A stretch of DNA of 64,000 nucleotides from Anaeromyces robustus (Eukaryota): contig MCFG01000135.1 in assembly GCA_002104895.1 (NCBI GenBank), positions 1 through 64,000 on the forward strand, given 5' to 3'. Shown here piece by piece: positions 37,464 to 51,280 of this stretch (positions within the stretch are counted from its first letter, which is position 1; each line of letters opens with the position of its first letter). The notes under the pieces were generated by a model. The model was not told where the DNA came from, made no database searches, and worked only from the letters and a program-made list of their open reading frames with translations. The position numbers were made by a program, and so were the translations under genes.

Positions 37464-40400
37464 TTTTTGTTTCTTTTTTAATTTATTAATTTTTTATGAA
37501 AATTAGTTTAAAAATATATATAGTATTTATTTTATTATATTATTTTTTTATTTATAAAAGTTTTTTTTAGTAGGTCTTTTTTTTTTTATTTTATTCTATT
37601 TATTTTTTTAGTTTATTTTTTTTTTATTTTTTATTTCAAAGAAAAAAAAGTATATTTGAAGGAATTTTTCTTCTTTTATACTTTTTAACTAATATTAGAA
37701 AAGTAAACAATTTTTATATATAAAACTACATTATGCAAATTGGACATTAAATGAAATTATATAATGTAGTTTCTTAAAAAAGAAATATTATATTAAAATA
37801 ATATAAAAAAATAAATTTAATAAAAGTTAACAAAAAAAAAAAACAATTGCCTCAATATATTAACAAATACATCATAATAATTAAATAAATAATTAATTCA
37901 ATAAATAACAAAGTAAATAAATAAATAAATAAAAAATAAATAAATCAATAAATAAATAAATACATCATTAATTAAAATTACATCATTAATTAAAATTTTT
38001 TGTATTTGTAATTAACATGTATTTTATCTGTAATTAGCATGTATTTAGCCAAATTTACACAAAATAATAATTAGTCATAATTAATTAATTTTTTTTTACA
38101 CAAAAAATTATTAATATTCTGTTACACAAAAAAAAAGTTAATTATAATTAAATAATTAAATAGGTTTTAAAATTTTTCTATCTTTTAAAAATATAATAAA
38201 TAAATAAATAAATAAATAAATTAATATAAAAAGTAAATTGTAATATATTTATTTAAAAATTAATAAAAAAAAATAAAAATATATATTTGTTTATTTTGTT
38301 TTCCCTTTTTTTTTATTTATTTCTTTTAAATTTATATATATATATAATTATTATACTAACCTTTTTCTATTTATTTATTTTTTGGCTTAAAGAAAAATAA
38401 AAATTTTTTTTTCCGCTTTATCAAAAAAAAAAAAAAAAAAAAAAAAAACTAAATAAATAAAAATGGAAATTTTTTTCTCCTTAAAATAAATTAATTTAAT
38501 AAAAAATTTAATTTTTAATTTTCAATTTAATACATTTATTCATTTTTGTTTAATTAAAATTCTAGGTTTTGTATAAAAAAAAAATTGTTTGTTTTATTTT
38601 TAATTTTTTTTTATTTTTATTTTTATTTTTATTAATACGTAGTGCCACAACTTTAATTGTTGAAAATTATAAAAATATTGGAAAAAAAAAATTTACATAT
38701 TAAAAGATATGTATAATTTGTATAATAGGTATATTTTTTAAATCTATTTTTTTAAATCTATTTTGTAAACATTTTTGTAATAATAATAATTATTAAAGTT
38801 TAAAAAAAATAAGGATTATCGGAATTAAAACATATATTAAAAATTATTAATTATACTTTATAGAAAAAAAAATAAAAATTTGTGATTATATTAAAAATTT
38901 TATTTTTTTCTATTTTTGTTAATAATAAGTTTTTGATATCATCGATAAAAAAAACCTTTTTTTTTTTTTATTTATGTGTAACCATATGTCCATATATAAT
39001 AAATAATAAATAATAAAATTTGTTTTATATATAATAAATAATAAAAAAATTTTTTTATACATTTTTATATATATTATTATTTATTATTATATGTGTTATA
39101 CATATTTTATTACATATTTTGTTACATATTTCGTTACATATTTTGTTATATATTTTATTATATTATATTATTTATTATATATTATTTATTATATATGTTT
39201 AAAATATATTATATAATATGTTATAAATAAACAAACATTAAAAAGTTTATTATATATATATATTTTTTTAAATTTTACAATTAGATTTAATAGATATAAA
39301 ATAGATAATAGATAAATGTAAAATACCTCAAATACATATCATGCTTTGAACAAATTATATTGGAATTGCTTCATTTTATCACTTAATTTTAATACTTCAA
39401 TTCTTCTTGTAAGGAGGTTATATAACACGGTATATTTTTTGAGGAATTACAAAATAATTTTATTATTTATTATTTATTATTTATTATTTATTATTTTTAA
39501 TGATATGTTTTTTTTTATTTTTGTAAAACTTTTTTTCTATAAAACTTTAAACCACTAAAACTTTTTTTTTGACTAAAGGAAGTGAATACACTTCTATATT
39601 TTTTATTTATTATAAATAGTTATTAATACATTTAGATTTAGTACATAAATATAAAAAATAAATTAAAATAAAAATAAAATACGATCTAAAAAATTATAAC
39701 ATAAATTTAATATAAAGAAAAATATATAATAAATCTCTTAAATAATTCTTTATAATTTCAGTGTTAGGGTACTTATTAGGAATTCACTTCTTTCTAAATG
39801 GTGAAATAATATAAAACAAAAAAATAATATCTGAATTAAAGATAGTGTGGTGTCCATTAAACTCTTCCTTGGGTTATCATCATTATCTCTAATAAAAGAA
39901 GAAGACTCCGAAAGCCTTGTGGTTGAAATAATATCTTCACGGATTCAAGATATTATTATTATTTTTATGCTCTCAACCCATATTAGAAAAAGATAGTAAG
40001 CCCAATATATTTAATTATTTACATTATGAAACTACATTATGTAATTTCATCTAATTTGTCCATTTTGTATGTATCCATTTTGTATAAGAGAAATATTAAA
40101 ATAATATAAAAAATATATATTTCATAAAAGTAAAAAAAAAAAAAAAAAAAAAATTTCCTCAATATTGCCTCAATATTCTAACAAATATATCATTATATTA
40201 ATAAATCAATAAATACATCATTAATTAAAATTTTTTGTATCTGTAATTAACATTTATTTTATCTGTAATTAGCATGTATTTTAGTCGAAAATACAAAAAA
40301 TAATAATTAGTCATTATTAATTAATTTTTTTTTACACAAAAAATTATTAATATTCTGTTACACAAAAAAAAAGTTAAATTAAATAAGTTTTTAAAATTTT

Positions 40401-41453
40401 TCTATCTTTTAAAAACATAATAAATAAAATAAATAAAAAAAAAGGGTAATATAAATAAATAAATAAATAAATAATTAAATAAATAAAAATATTTATTTAA
40501 TTATTTTACCTTTTTTTTTATTTATTTAATTCTTTTAAATTTATATATATATATAATTATATAAATTATTTATAATTTAATTATTTTCTTTTTTTTTTCT
40601 TTATATATATTTATTTTTCATTAATTTTTTTTCGTTAAAAAAAAAACAAACATTGTTTAAAAAAAAATGTTTTTTTTTCCCTTTTCCCTTTTATTTATAA
40701 AAACTAAATAAATAAATAAATAAATAAATTAAATAAATTAAAAAAAAATGGTTAAATTTTTTTTTCTCCTTAAAATAAATTAATTTAATAAAAATAAAAA
40801 ATTTTTAATTTTGTATTTTGTGCTATTTTAATTTTTTTTAATTTTTTGTTATTTAGTTTAATTTTTCAGTTTTTAATACATTTATTTATTCATTTTTTGT
40901 TTTATTTTTATACATTTTCAGTTTAATTATTAAAAAATTCTTAGGTTTTTGTATAAAAAAAAAAAAAATGGTTGGTAGGTAGTGCCACAATTCTATGTTG
41001 TTGAAAATTTATAAAAATATTGGAAAAAAAAACAAAAATTATTACTTTAAATATACTAAAATATATAATTATATTATATTAATAATTTATTTTTTATTTG
41101 TATTTGTATAATATGTATTTGTATTATATTATATTTATTTTATCAATTATTATACATAAAAAAAAAGTAACTTTTAATATTATTATTAAATAAATAACAT
41201 AATAAAATATATAATAAAATATTATATTTATTTTTTTTTTATAATTATAATTGCTATTGTAAAAAAAAACTTTTAATACTATTAATAAATAACATAATAA
41301 TATATTTTTATTTTATATATTTTTTATTTAATAATGATAATAATGATTAAATGATAATATTTATTTTGTAAATATATTTTGTAAAATATTAATAATAATT
41401 AATTATTAAAGTTTAAAACAATAAATAATGATTATCAGGAATTAATAGATAAA

Positions 41454-41520
<67 letters not shown>

Positions 41521-42812
41521 TTTATTGATTTATTTATTTATTTATTTTATTTATTACAAATTTATTTTATTTATTACAAATTTATTTTATTTAAATATAT
41601 ATCATTTTTATACATTTATATCTATATTATAATTATAATATATAATAATATATTTATTATTTATTTATTTATTTATTAAATATATTTACTTAACAAGAAA
41701 ACAAAAAATTTTTTAATTAACATTTTAAAAATTCTTATCCTAATAAATTCTTATCCTAATAAATTTTATTTATTAGTTAAGAAAAAAAAATTTTTTTTTT
41801 TTACAAATTTTTAATTATTTATTTATGTGTAACATAGAAAATCATGTATCATAGAAATCATGTATATCATATATAAAAATATTTATATATATTTATATAT
41901 ATTATATATATATTATATATTATATATTATATATTTATATATACAAAATTTGTTTTATAGAAAAAGATAAATAAATCTTTTTTTTAATATATATTTTGTT
42001 ATATAATTTGTTATATATATTATTATATATTATAATATATTTTTATATATATTATTATATATTTTGTTATATATATTATTATATATGTTATGTAATATGT
42101 ACATAATAAAAATATATTATCAACAAAAATTAAAAAAATTTTAAATATTTTTTTTTTTTATAGTTTACTTTTACAAATCAGATATAATTTTTAATAAACA
42201 AACAAACAAACAAACAAACTATATTCTGATTACTTCGTTTTATATCACCTAAAAAAAAATATAACTTTTATACAAATCACCTATAGAAAATTAAGGTATT
42301 ACTTTTAATATTTTTTTTTATTATTTATTATTTATTATTTAATATTTAATATTTAATATTTATTTTTTAATAATATGTTTTTTATTTTTTTTAAATCTTT
42401 TTTTTTAGGATACTTTAAATAACAAAAACAGAAATGAAGTTATTACTAACTACTTAATGACTGACCATGAATAAGCGTCTCAATAAAACGAACTTTAAAG
42501 ATTAGTATTCAATTTATATTTTCCATTACGGAATCCAAGAAGAATTTTGATGTTTGATGTAGTGAAATATTTTAACAAAAATTAAAAAAAAAAAAATTAA
42601 AATTTAATCAAAAAAAGTCAAAAACAACTGAAAAGAATATTATAATTTCTTTTTTATTTTTTATTTTATTATTATTTTGTTATTTTATTTAATTATAAAA
42701 TACACAAGAATAATTAAAAAAGTGTTTTTTTTTTTAAGTATATAATTTATTTATTTGTTTATCTACTTATTTATTTGTTTATCTAATTATTTATTTATTT
42801 ATTTAATTTAAC

Positions 42813-43090
42813 TTTTTTTTTTTTTTTTTTTTTTTTGCAAGAACGTGGTTCTTTGTCGAACATACAGTTCAAAATATTATTATATAAATACCGTTTGTTT
42901 ATTTGCCTCTATTGAAAAAACATCATATGTTAGATGTAGGTTTTTTTGTTTATGGGATTGATAATTTGGTTATTTGTGAAACTGTACTGTACTGGATGGA
43001 TAAGACTAGGCATTAATTTATCATATCAAGTTAGTAGATTCAAAAAAAAGGTTGAAACTTTAAATGAATCAAAATCTTTTAAGTTGTCTC
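42813..43090 (-). mobile_element. Short poly(A)-tailed retroposed insertion
   Basis: A long T run on the plus strand precedes ~250 bp of higher-complexity DNA. The paralogous 3' flanks (~29340-29370, ~36150) lack it and resume at TATTT(T)CTTAATA. Confidence 0.45.
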
Positions 43091-43242
43091 TATTTTCTTA
43101 ATACTTTCTAATAATTATATTTTATAATATAATATTTATATAAACATATCTTTATAAAATAAAATAAAATTTGATCTAATTTGACTCATAAACACTATTT
43201 TATTGACTTTATATTTCAATATTTAATTATTTTAATATTTTA

Positions 43243-43333
43243 CCTATTAAAATAATTAACAGTTTCAATGAAAATGATAATAAAAAAAAAAAAAAGATGA
43301 AGGATCAATAGTTGTACTATTAGTAGTACTCAT
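43243..43333 (-). pseudogene. Decayed exon 1 of the Cys-rich membrane protein family
   Basis: MSTTNSTTIDPS..., frameshifted in a T run, then TTCATTGAAACTGTTAATTATTTTAATAG|GTAAAA. Confidence 0.65.
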
Positions 43334-44494
43334 GTTTTTCTTTCTTTAATATATAAATTTGTTATTAATTTTTATTTATTTTTATTTTTTTTTATCTTTA
43401 ATTTATTATTTTATTTATTTATTTTTATTATATATTTTAATTATTTCCTTTTTTTTTATTTATTTTATTAATTTATTTTTTTTTTTATATATTTTTTTTT
43501 TTTTTTTGAAAGAATTTTTTGAAGGAATTTTTTTTCCTTTTTACTTTTGTATAATCAACATTATCTTTTTTTTTTCCAGCCCTAAGAACACAACTGATAG
43601 AAATACGAAATACGAATTGTAATTTCTTTTTTATTTTAGTAAACAATAAAAATAAGGACTACTGAATTAAAAAAAAAAAAGTTTTTTTCTAACAAAATGT
43701 TTTTACATATTTTAAAGTTATTTAATTTTTTTTTTTTTTAATATTTTATTATTTTTTATTTATAAATAATTATTTTACACAATACCCAAATTTTATTAAT
43801 GAACTACTGAAAAAAAATAATAATAAAAAATAAAAAATTTTTATAAAGTCAGTTACATTTACATTTTTTTAAAAAAAAAAGAAAAATTTATAGTTCACTT
43901 TTTAATAATAATTTTTATTATTAAACATTTTAATATTATAAAAATAATAAAATTATAAAAAAAAAATGAAAGTAATTTTTAATATTAATGTAACCAAAAA
44001 AAAAAAAAAAAAAAAAAAAATAAAGAAAAAAAAAAATCTCCAAATTTCAAATTTAGAATAATATTAATTTTTTTAAAGTTAAATCTCCAAATATGAAATT
44101 TGAAAAAAAAAAAAAAATCATACATATATAATATATTTATTTAAAAAAGTAAACTTTAAAATAAAAAAAAATCTAGTTTTTAAGAATTTGTTAATTGATA
44201 AATAAATAAAGTAATAAATGAAATATTTTATTATCATTATTATTATTATTTATGATGAATCGGAATCGTCTTTATTTAAAAGTTTCCAATTAAAAATAAA
44301 CTTTGTAAATTGTCATTTTTGTTTTTATTAAATATGGTTTTTTTTTAAAAAATATTTCAATTATAAATGGTTTTAACATCTGTTATTATTATTATTATTT
44401 TTTAATAATATTTTTACAATTTAACATATAAATAAATTAATTAAAAAAAAAGGAACAAAAAAAATTATTTATAATATATTTTTAATATATTTTT

Positions 44495-44535
44495 ACTTAT
44501 GAAAGAAATTAACAGCTTCATTGAAAATGAAAAAA
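44495..44535 (-). pseudogene. Further decayed exon-1 remnant of the same family
   Basis: Minus strand TTTCAATGAAGCTGTTAATTTCTTTCATAA|GTAAAA matches FNEAVNYFNG|GT. Confidence 0.5.
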
Positions 44536-44849
44536 AAAAAAAAAAATGAAAATGAAAAAAAAAAAAAATGAGAATGAAAGAAAAAACGGAAAGAAAAATA
44601 AGCACAAATAGTATTATTATTAATGCTGATTTTTTTTTCTTTTTTTTTTTTCTATTTAATTATTTATTTATTTTATTCCTTTTTTATTTATTTATTTTTT
44701 TTTAAATTATATATATATATAATTTAACTATTTTCTTTTTTTTTTTTTTTTTTTACTTATTTATTTTCTATTGACTTTTTTTTTTATTTTATGTTTTTAT
44801 TCAAAGAAAAATAAAAGATTTTTCACAATTGTCAACAAAAAAAAATTGG

Positions 44850-44880
<31 letters not shown>

Positions 44881-47800
44881 AAAATAAGTTAAATAAAAAT
44901 AAACAAAAGGTAAAAAATTGAAATAAAATTTTAAATAGATAAATATATATATAAATATTAATAGTAATAATACAAAAATTAAAATTTTTATTAAATTTAA
45001 CATTTTATATTTGTAGTGTATTAAAAATTGTTGTTGACTTTTTTTAATAAATAAGTTATGTAGCAACTATTTAAATATATTTTAAAATTTATTATAAAAA
45101 ATATTGAGATAAAAAATAGTTTTTTTATATGTAAAATATTTTATATTTTATATTTTATATTTTATATATATAATATTTATAATATTTATTTATTTATAAT
45201 TTATATTATAAATTGGGTAGGCTAAAAAAAAATTAATTATTAATTATTTATTTTTTAATAAGTTTTTATATTTTTAAAAAAAATAGTGTTTTTTTTTTTT
45301 TTTTAAAAAAAAAACTTTTTAAGCAACTAAAACAAAAAGAGAAATAAATATTTTATGGATGCCTCAAACAAAATGAACTTTAAAGAAGACTGATATCTAA
45401 ATCAAAAATTTATATAATGGAAACCAGGAAAATCTTGATGTTTGAACATGGTAAAAAAATAATTTAATAGAAAATGAAAATCAAAACGGCTAAATCAAAA
45501 AAAAAAAATCAAAACGGCTAAATCAAAAAAAAAAAAATAAAGTAAAAATAAAAAAAAAACTAATATAAAGGCTTTATGATTCCTAAGGCTAGATTATTCT
45601 TCTTTAATAAACATAAACATTTCAAAAGAAAACAAATAAAAAAAAACATTGAAAAATCGAAAAAAATCGAAAAAATCAAAAAAAAAAAAAAAAATCGAAA
45701 TATAAACAAAATATACAATCTAGGATTATCATCATGAAAATCAAAGATTTATCATGATAAATGAAAAATCTATAAAAAAAAAAAAAAAAAAGAAAAAAAA
45801 ATCTATCTAAAGAGGTTGACCATTATCCTCAGAAAAAGAAAAAAAAAAGGACACCATTCCCTTTTTTATTTTTATCCATCTAAAAGGAATTAATAATGAA
45901 TAATTATGAAAAAAAGAAAAAAAAAATGACTGAAATATTTTAGTTAAAAAAATTATAAAATAAAATAAAATAAATTAAAAAAAAATATTATTAAATTGAA
46001 AGGGGAGGGTATATATTAGAAAAAAAAAAAGAAAAAAAAAAAAAAAGTCAATTAATATATAATAATATATATTTTTTTATATATTAATTGACTTTTCTAA
46101 AAAAGTGTCTCTTGCAGAAAAAAAATAAAAAATAAAAAAAAAAAGTAAAAATAAAATACATCCACAGTTAATTAAAAAAATTTTAATGAAATTATTTGAA
46201 AAAAAAAATAAAATTATAAAAAATAAAAAAAAAAAAAAAAAAAATAAGTGGCTCACTTAATCAATTAATAAGAATAAAAAAAAAAAGAAAAGAAAAGTTC
46301 TATTCATCATTGATAATTATTAATTTAAATTAGATATTAAAAATGTTGGTTTGGTTATAGAGAACGTTAAATAAAAATAAAATAAAATATATTTTCATTA
46401 ATATAAAAATACTTTTAATAAATTAAATTTCTCTTTTAGATAGGCCTAACAAGAATTGTGAAAATATTATATATATATATAATATTTTCTTATAAATAAA
46501 AATTCTTATATATAATTAATTAATCATTATTAATGTATTATTAAATAGTGATAATGTCAAATAAAAAAAAAATATTATATGAGTTTAAAAAATTTTTATA
46601 TGAATATATTATTATTAATTTTTTTTTCTTTTCTATTTCTTGATTAAATCATAATTTATTAAATATTTTTAAATATAAAAGTATAAAAATTGAATATTTT
46701 TTTTCTTATATTTGTAATTTATTTATAAAATCATAAATAAAGTTTTATGTTTTTAGTTTTTTTTATTATTGTTTTTATTATTTATTTTGTTATTTTATTT
46801 AATTATTAAAAAGAAAAAAAAAAAGAAATAATAAAATGTTTTTTATAAGAAGTATATCAATTAAATTAATGATTACTTTTAAATTATTATTAAAACTATT
46901 TATTTATTAATTGGATAAGAAATTGTAACAGCGTGACAATTAACATAAAGATTATTAAAAAAAAGATATTATTATTATTATTTATTATTATTATATTTTA
47001 TTTTTTAAGATATTTTAAATAGGAAATTATTAATTTTTATTGATTTTATTTTTTTTTAATTTTATTATCAAGCTATATTATTTTTAGTGAACATATAATC
47101 ATCATCCATTACAAGTTGCTAATATTATTAATTTTTTAAATGACCGTCGATGACTTACATATATAAATGATAAAAGGAAAGGTGATTATTCTAAAATGAA
47201 AAGTAATAATAATAGGAAATCTAATAGAAATCTTATGAAATGTTTTTTTAGGCGTCATTAAGATAAAAAATAAAAAATAAAATAAAAAAAAAAACATGTC
47301 TGATGATAATACAAATATAGATATGGTTCTATTTTTTTATTTTATTTTTTTGTCCAATTTTTACCGAAAAATATCTTAAAAAAAAAAGAAAAAGAAGCTT
47401 TTGAATATTATGAAAAAAGAAAAAAAAAAGTTTTATCTCCCATCCACAAAATATATATATATTAATAATAAATTTGATTTTTTTAAAAAAAAATGATTCA
47501 ACGATTCAATTTTTTTTTTATTTTTTTATTTTTTTTTTTTTTTTGATAAAGTTAAAAAGAATCAATAATCAATAATTATTTTAAGATAAAAAAAATATAA
47601 AAAAAAAGAAAAATATTAAAATAATAAAATTAATTACATCAAAAAAAAAAAATTTTTTTCATTATTATTTAATGATAATTATAAATGAAAAAAAAATATT
47701 TATATATATATATATATTTGAATCCATAGATAATGGTAAAAAAAAAAAAAGAAATTAAATAATTTTTATAAATAAATTATCAATAATAATAAAAAAAATT

Positions 47801-49067
47801 GATATTATTTTTCTTTTTCTTTTATTTTTATTATAAATATAACAATTATCCAAATTTATTTTTTTTTTTTTGATTTTCTTTTTTTTTAATTGTTTTTTAA
47901 TATAAATAAAAAATATTCTCTCTCTCCTTTTTTTTTTTTTTTTATTCAAATAAAAATATTATTTTTTTTTCATATATCTATATCTATCTATATATAAATA
48001 TAAATATTAAATAAAAAATATAAATATAAAATATAAATTAATAAAAAAAAAAATAAAATATAATAATAATACATATATATATATATAATTAAAATGATTT
48101 CTAATAGTAATTATGAAATGATCATCGTTGATTAAATATCAAGATTTTTTTTTTTTACATTAATTATTCAATCATTTTTTTTATTTTAATGGTCAATTAT
48201 TTTGTTTAATTTTTTACTTGATGCAAGAAAAAAAAAAAAAAAAAAAAAGTCAAGTTCTTTGTGGTATATATATATTTATAGTAAATCATAAAATTAAAAA
48301 TTTTAAATTGTAGGTTATAGGTTATAGGTTATAATGATTGAAAAAATAAGAATTAAAAAAAAAAGAAGAAGAAGAAAAAGTAAATATTCAAGGGTATTGA
48401 ATATATTTTATTTTAGTAATGAAAAAAAAAATATTAAAAATGGGGGAGAGGATCATGTCATACTTTATTTCTATCTCTATCTCTTTTTATATTTTATTTT
48501 ATTTTATATTATTATTCATGTAAAGTAGTCGTTGGTGATTAGTATCTTTTAATTAATTATATATACTTAAAGAAAATTCCTATTAAATCTAATAAAATAA
48601 TAATAAAATGTTTTTTTTTCTCTTTTATAACATGTATTTTTTTTTTTTTTGAAATATTTTAAAAAAAAATATTTTATTCAAAATATTCCATAATTATCCA
48701 TATATAGTTTTATTCAAAGACAAATTTTTTAATCCAGAATCATAGTTTTTTTTCCTTTTTACGAAAATTAAATAAATTTATGAATTAATTTAATATAAAA
48801 GTTATACAATTTATATAATATTGTTGTTATTATAACTTATAGAAAAAAAAAAGGATATGTTATCAATAATATATCTTAATCAGAAAAAAAAAAAAAAGAG
48901 AAAATTTTTTTTGATAACAAAATTTCAACAAAATTTCAATAAAATATCAATATACTATATAATATAAAAATCATATATTTATCAATTATTTGGTCTCTGT
49001 TAATTTTTTCTTTTTTTTTTTTTTTTTAACTAAATTATATTATAATTATCATCATTTCCATTATATT

Positions 49068-49098
<31 letters not shown>

Positions 49099-51280
49099 AA
49101 ATCACATTTTTTAAAGATAATTGTAACGATAAAAGATAATGAAAATATATTCATTGTAGTAATTGCTATTGTTAACTATTACTTAATATATAGTGATCAA
49201 ATTTTATTCCGATATTATACTAAAGTTATATATATATATATATAATGATGCCTATTAGAAACAATAGTAATAATAATAAAACTTATCATTATAGTAATTA
49301 AAAATATTTAAGATAAAATTTTTTATTAATAATAATAATTGATGTTAATATATAAAGAAAGGTAAAAATACATATATTAACTTTTCTTATTTTTTAAATA
49401 TATTTAAAGAAATTCATTTATGATTCCTATTTTTTAATAAATTCTGAAAATTTAAATCTTTTTTTTTTCTCTTTTCTTTTATAGTTTGTATTAAATTTTT
49501 TATTCATAATTTTCAAATACTTTCCATATTCCAAAAAAAAAAATAAATAAAAATAAATATAAATAAATATAATGAAAAATATATTTTATATAATCTTTTC
49601 CTATGATTTTTAGATGGTTCCATCTTCTTCAAGTTTTACTGTTATAGAATTTTTTAATTATACTTTACAAAATATTAAATAAATAAATAAATAAATAAAG
49701 GGTACTAAACCCTCACACCATTTAATAATTGAATAAAAAAATTTATAATTTATAATAGTTTTTAGGTGAAATAGTTAACAAATAAATAAAATAATAAAGA
49801 TATTAGAAAAAGATAAATCTGAAATAAAAGAAGGATAAATAATAAATATATTTACTTTATTTTCTTATCAATATAATAATATTCAATTTGTTTTTGTCAT
49901 AAAAAAAAAAATACTTAATAATATTATATAAATGATATCAAATAAAAAAAATATATAATTTGATATAAATATATTATATAAATTATAATATTATAATAAT
50001 TTATAGTATTATAATCATTGAATAAATAATTCTTTATATAATAAAATAAAATAAAATAAAATAAGTTAATTTTTCTTTTCTATAAAATAGAATAATTAAA
50101 TCATATAAAGAATTTCTTTCTTTTATCTAATTAAAAAGAATTTCTTTTTCTTTTTTTCTTTTTTTATTTGATTTAATTTGATTTAAATTTAATTTTTTTT
50201 TTATTTTTATTTTCAAACACCACAATCACCACAATTACAACAACCTCCACAATCACAACAAACTTCCTCCACAATAACAATAATAACAATAAAAAATTTT
50301 TTTAATATTTTTTTAATATTTTTTTTAATTTTTTAATTTTTTAATTTTTTATTAAAATTTTTTAATTTTTTTTATTTTTTAAATTTTATTTAATTATATA
50401 AATGAAATTTTTTTAAATTTTTAAATTTTTTAATTTATTTATATTAAATACATGAATATAAAGAATTTCTTATTAATTTATATAAACCTAATATAATTTA
50501 CTTTATATTATACCATTTATTAATTATATATTATACCATATATTATTTAATTCAGTTAATTGATGCAATAAAAAACTTTAAAAAAAAAAAAAAGAAAAAG
50601 AAAAAAAATGTAAAAAAATTGTTTTTTTTTTTATTATTAAAAATTTAATTTTTACATTTTTATTTTTTTTTACATTTTTTTACATTTATTATTAAAAAAT
50701 TAAAAAATTTTTTTTTATTTTTAAAATATGGATTGCCAACTTTTTTTTTTTTTTTTTTTTTTTTTTACATTTTTTAAATTAAATTTAAATTAAAAATTTA
50801 AAATATAAAAATTTTTATATTTATTTTTTTATAATTAAATTTTTGTATTTTAAATGTAAAATTTAAAACAGATTTTTTGATTTGTTTTTTTTTTTTTTTT
50901 TAATTAATTAATTAATTAATTGGAAAACTAAAAAAAGTTTAAATAAAAGAAGAAAAAAAAAAAAAATAAAATAAAAAAAGGAAACGAGTTGAAAGAAATT
51001 TTTTTTTTTCTTTTTTTTTTTTTTATTTTATTTTTTAATATTTTTTTTTCTATATTTTTTTTTTTAAAAAATTTTATTATTTTTTATATTTATAATAAAA
51101 TTGTATTAATAATAATAAATTTAAATTTAAAATTTAATTTATTTATTGAATATTAATAAATAATAAAATAGATAAAAATATTTAAATATTTAAATATATA
51201 AGAATAAATATAAACATAAACATAAACAAAATATAATATTTTTTTTTATAAAGGAAAGAAAAAAAACAAAACTGAAAAAA

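Noticed and set aside
39755..39955. Higher-complexity patch with an open minus-strand frame (IREDIISTTRLSESSSF...)
   Set aside because: No start, splice context or recognisable domain; unassignable.
19078..48528. Many 60-100 aa F/I/L/Y/K-rich ORFs (e.g. 19078, 20258, 23863, 31297, 32042, 39346, 43359, 44797, 47755, 48334)
   Set aside because: Chance translations of homopolymer and microsatellite DNA.
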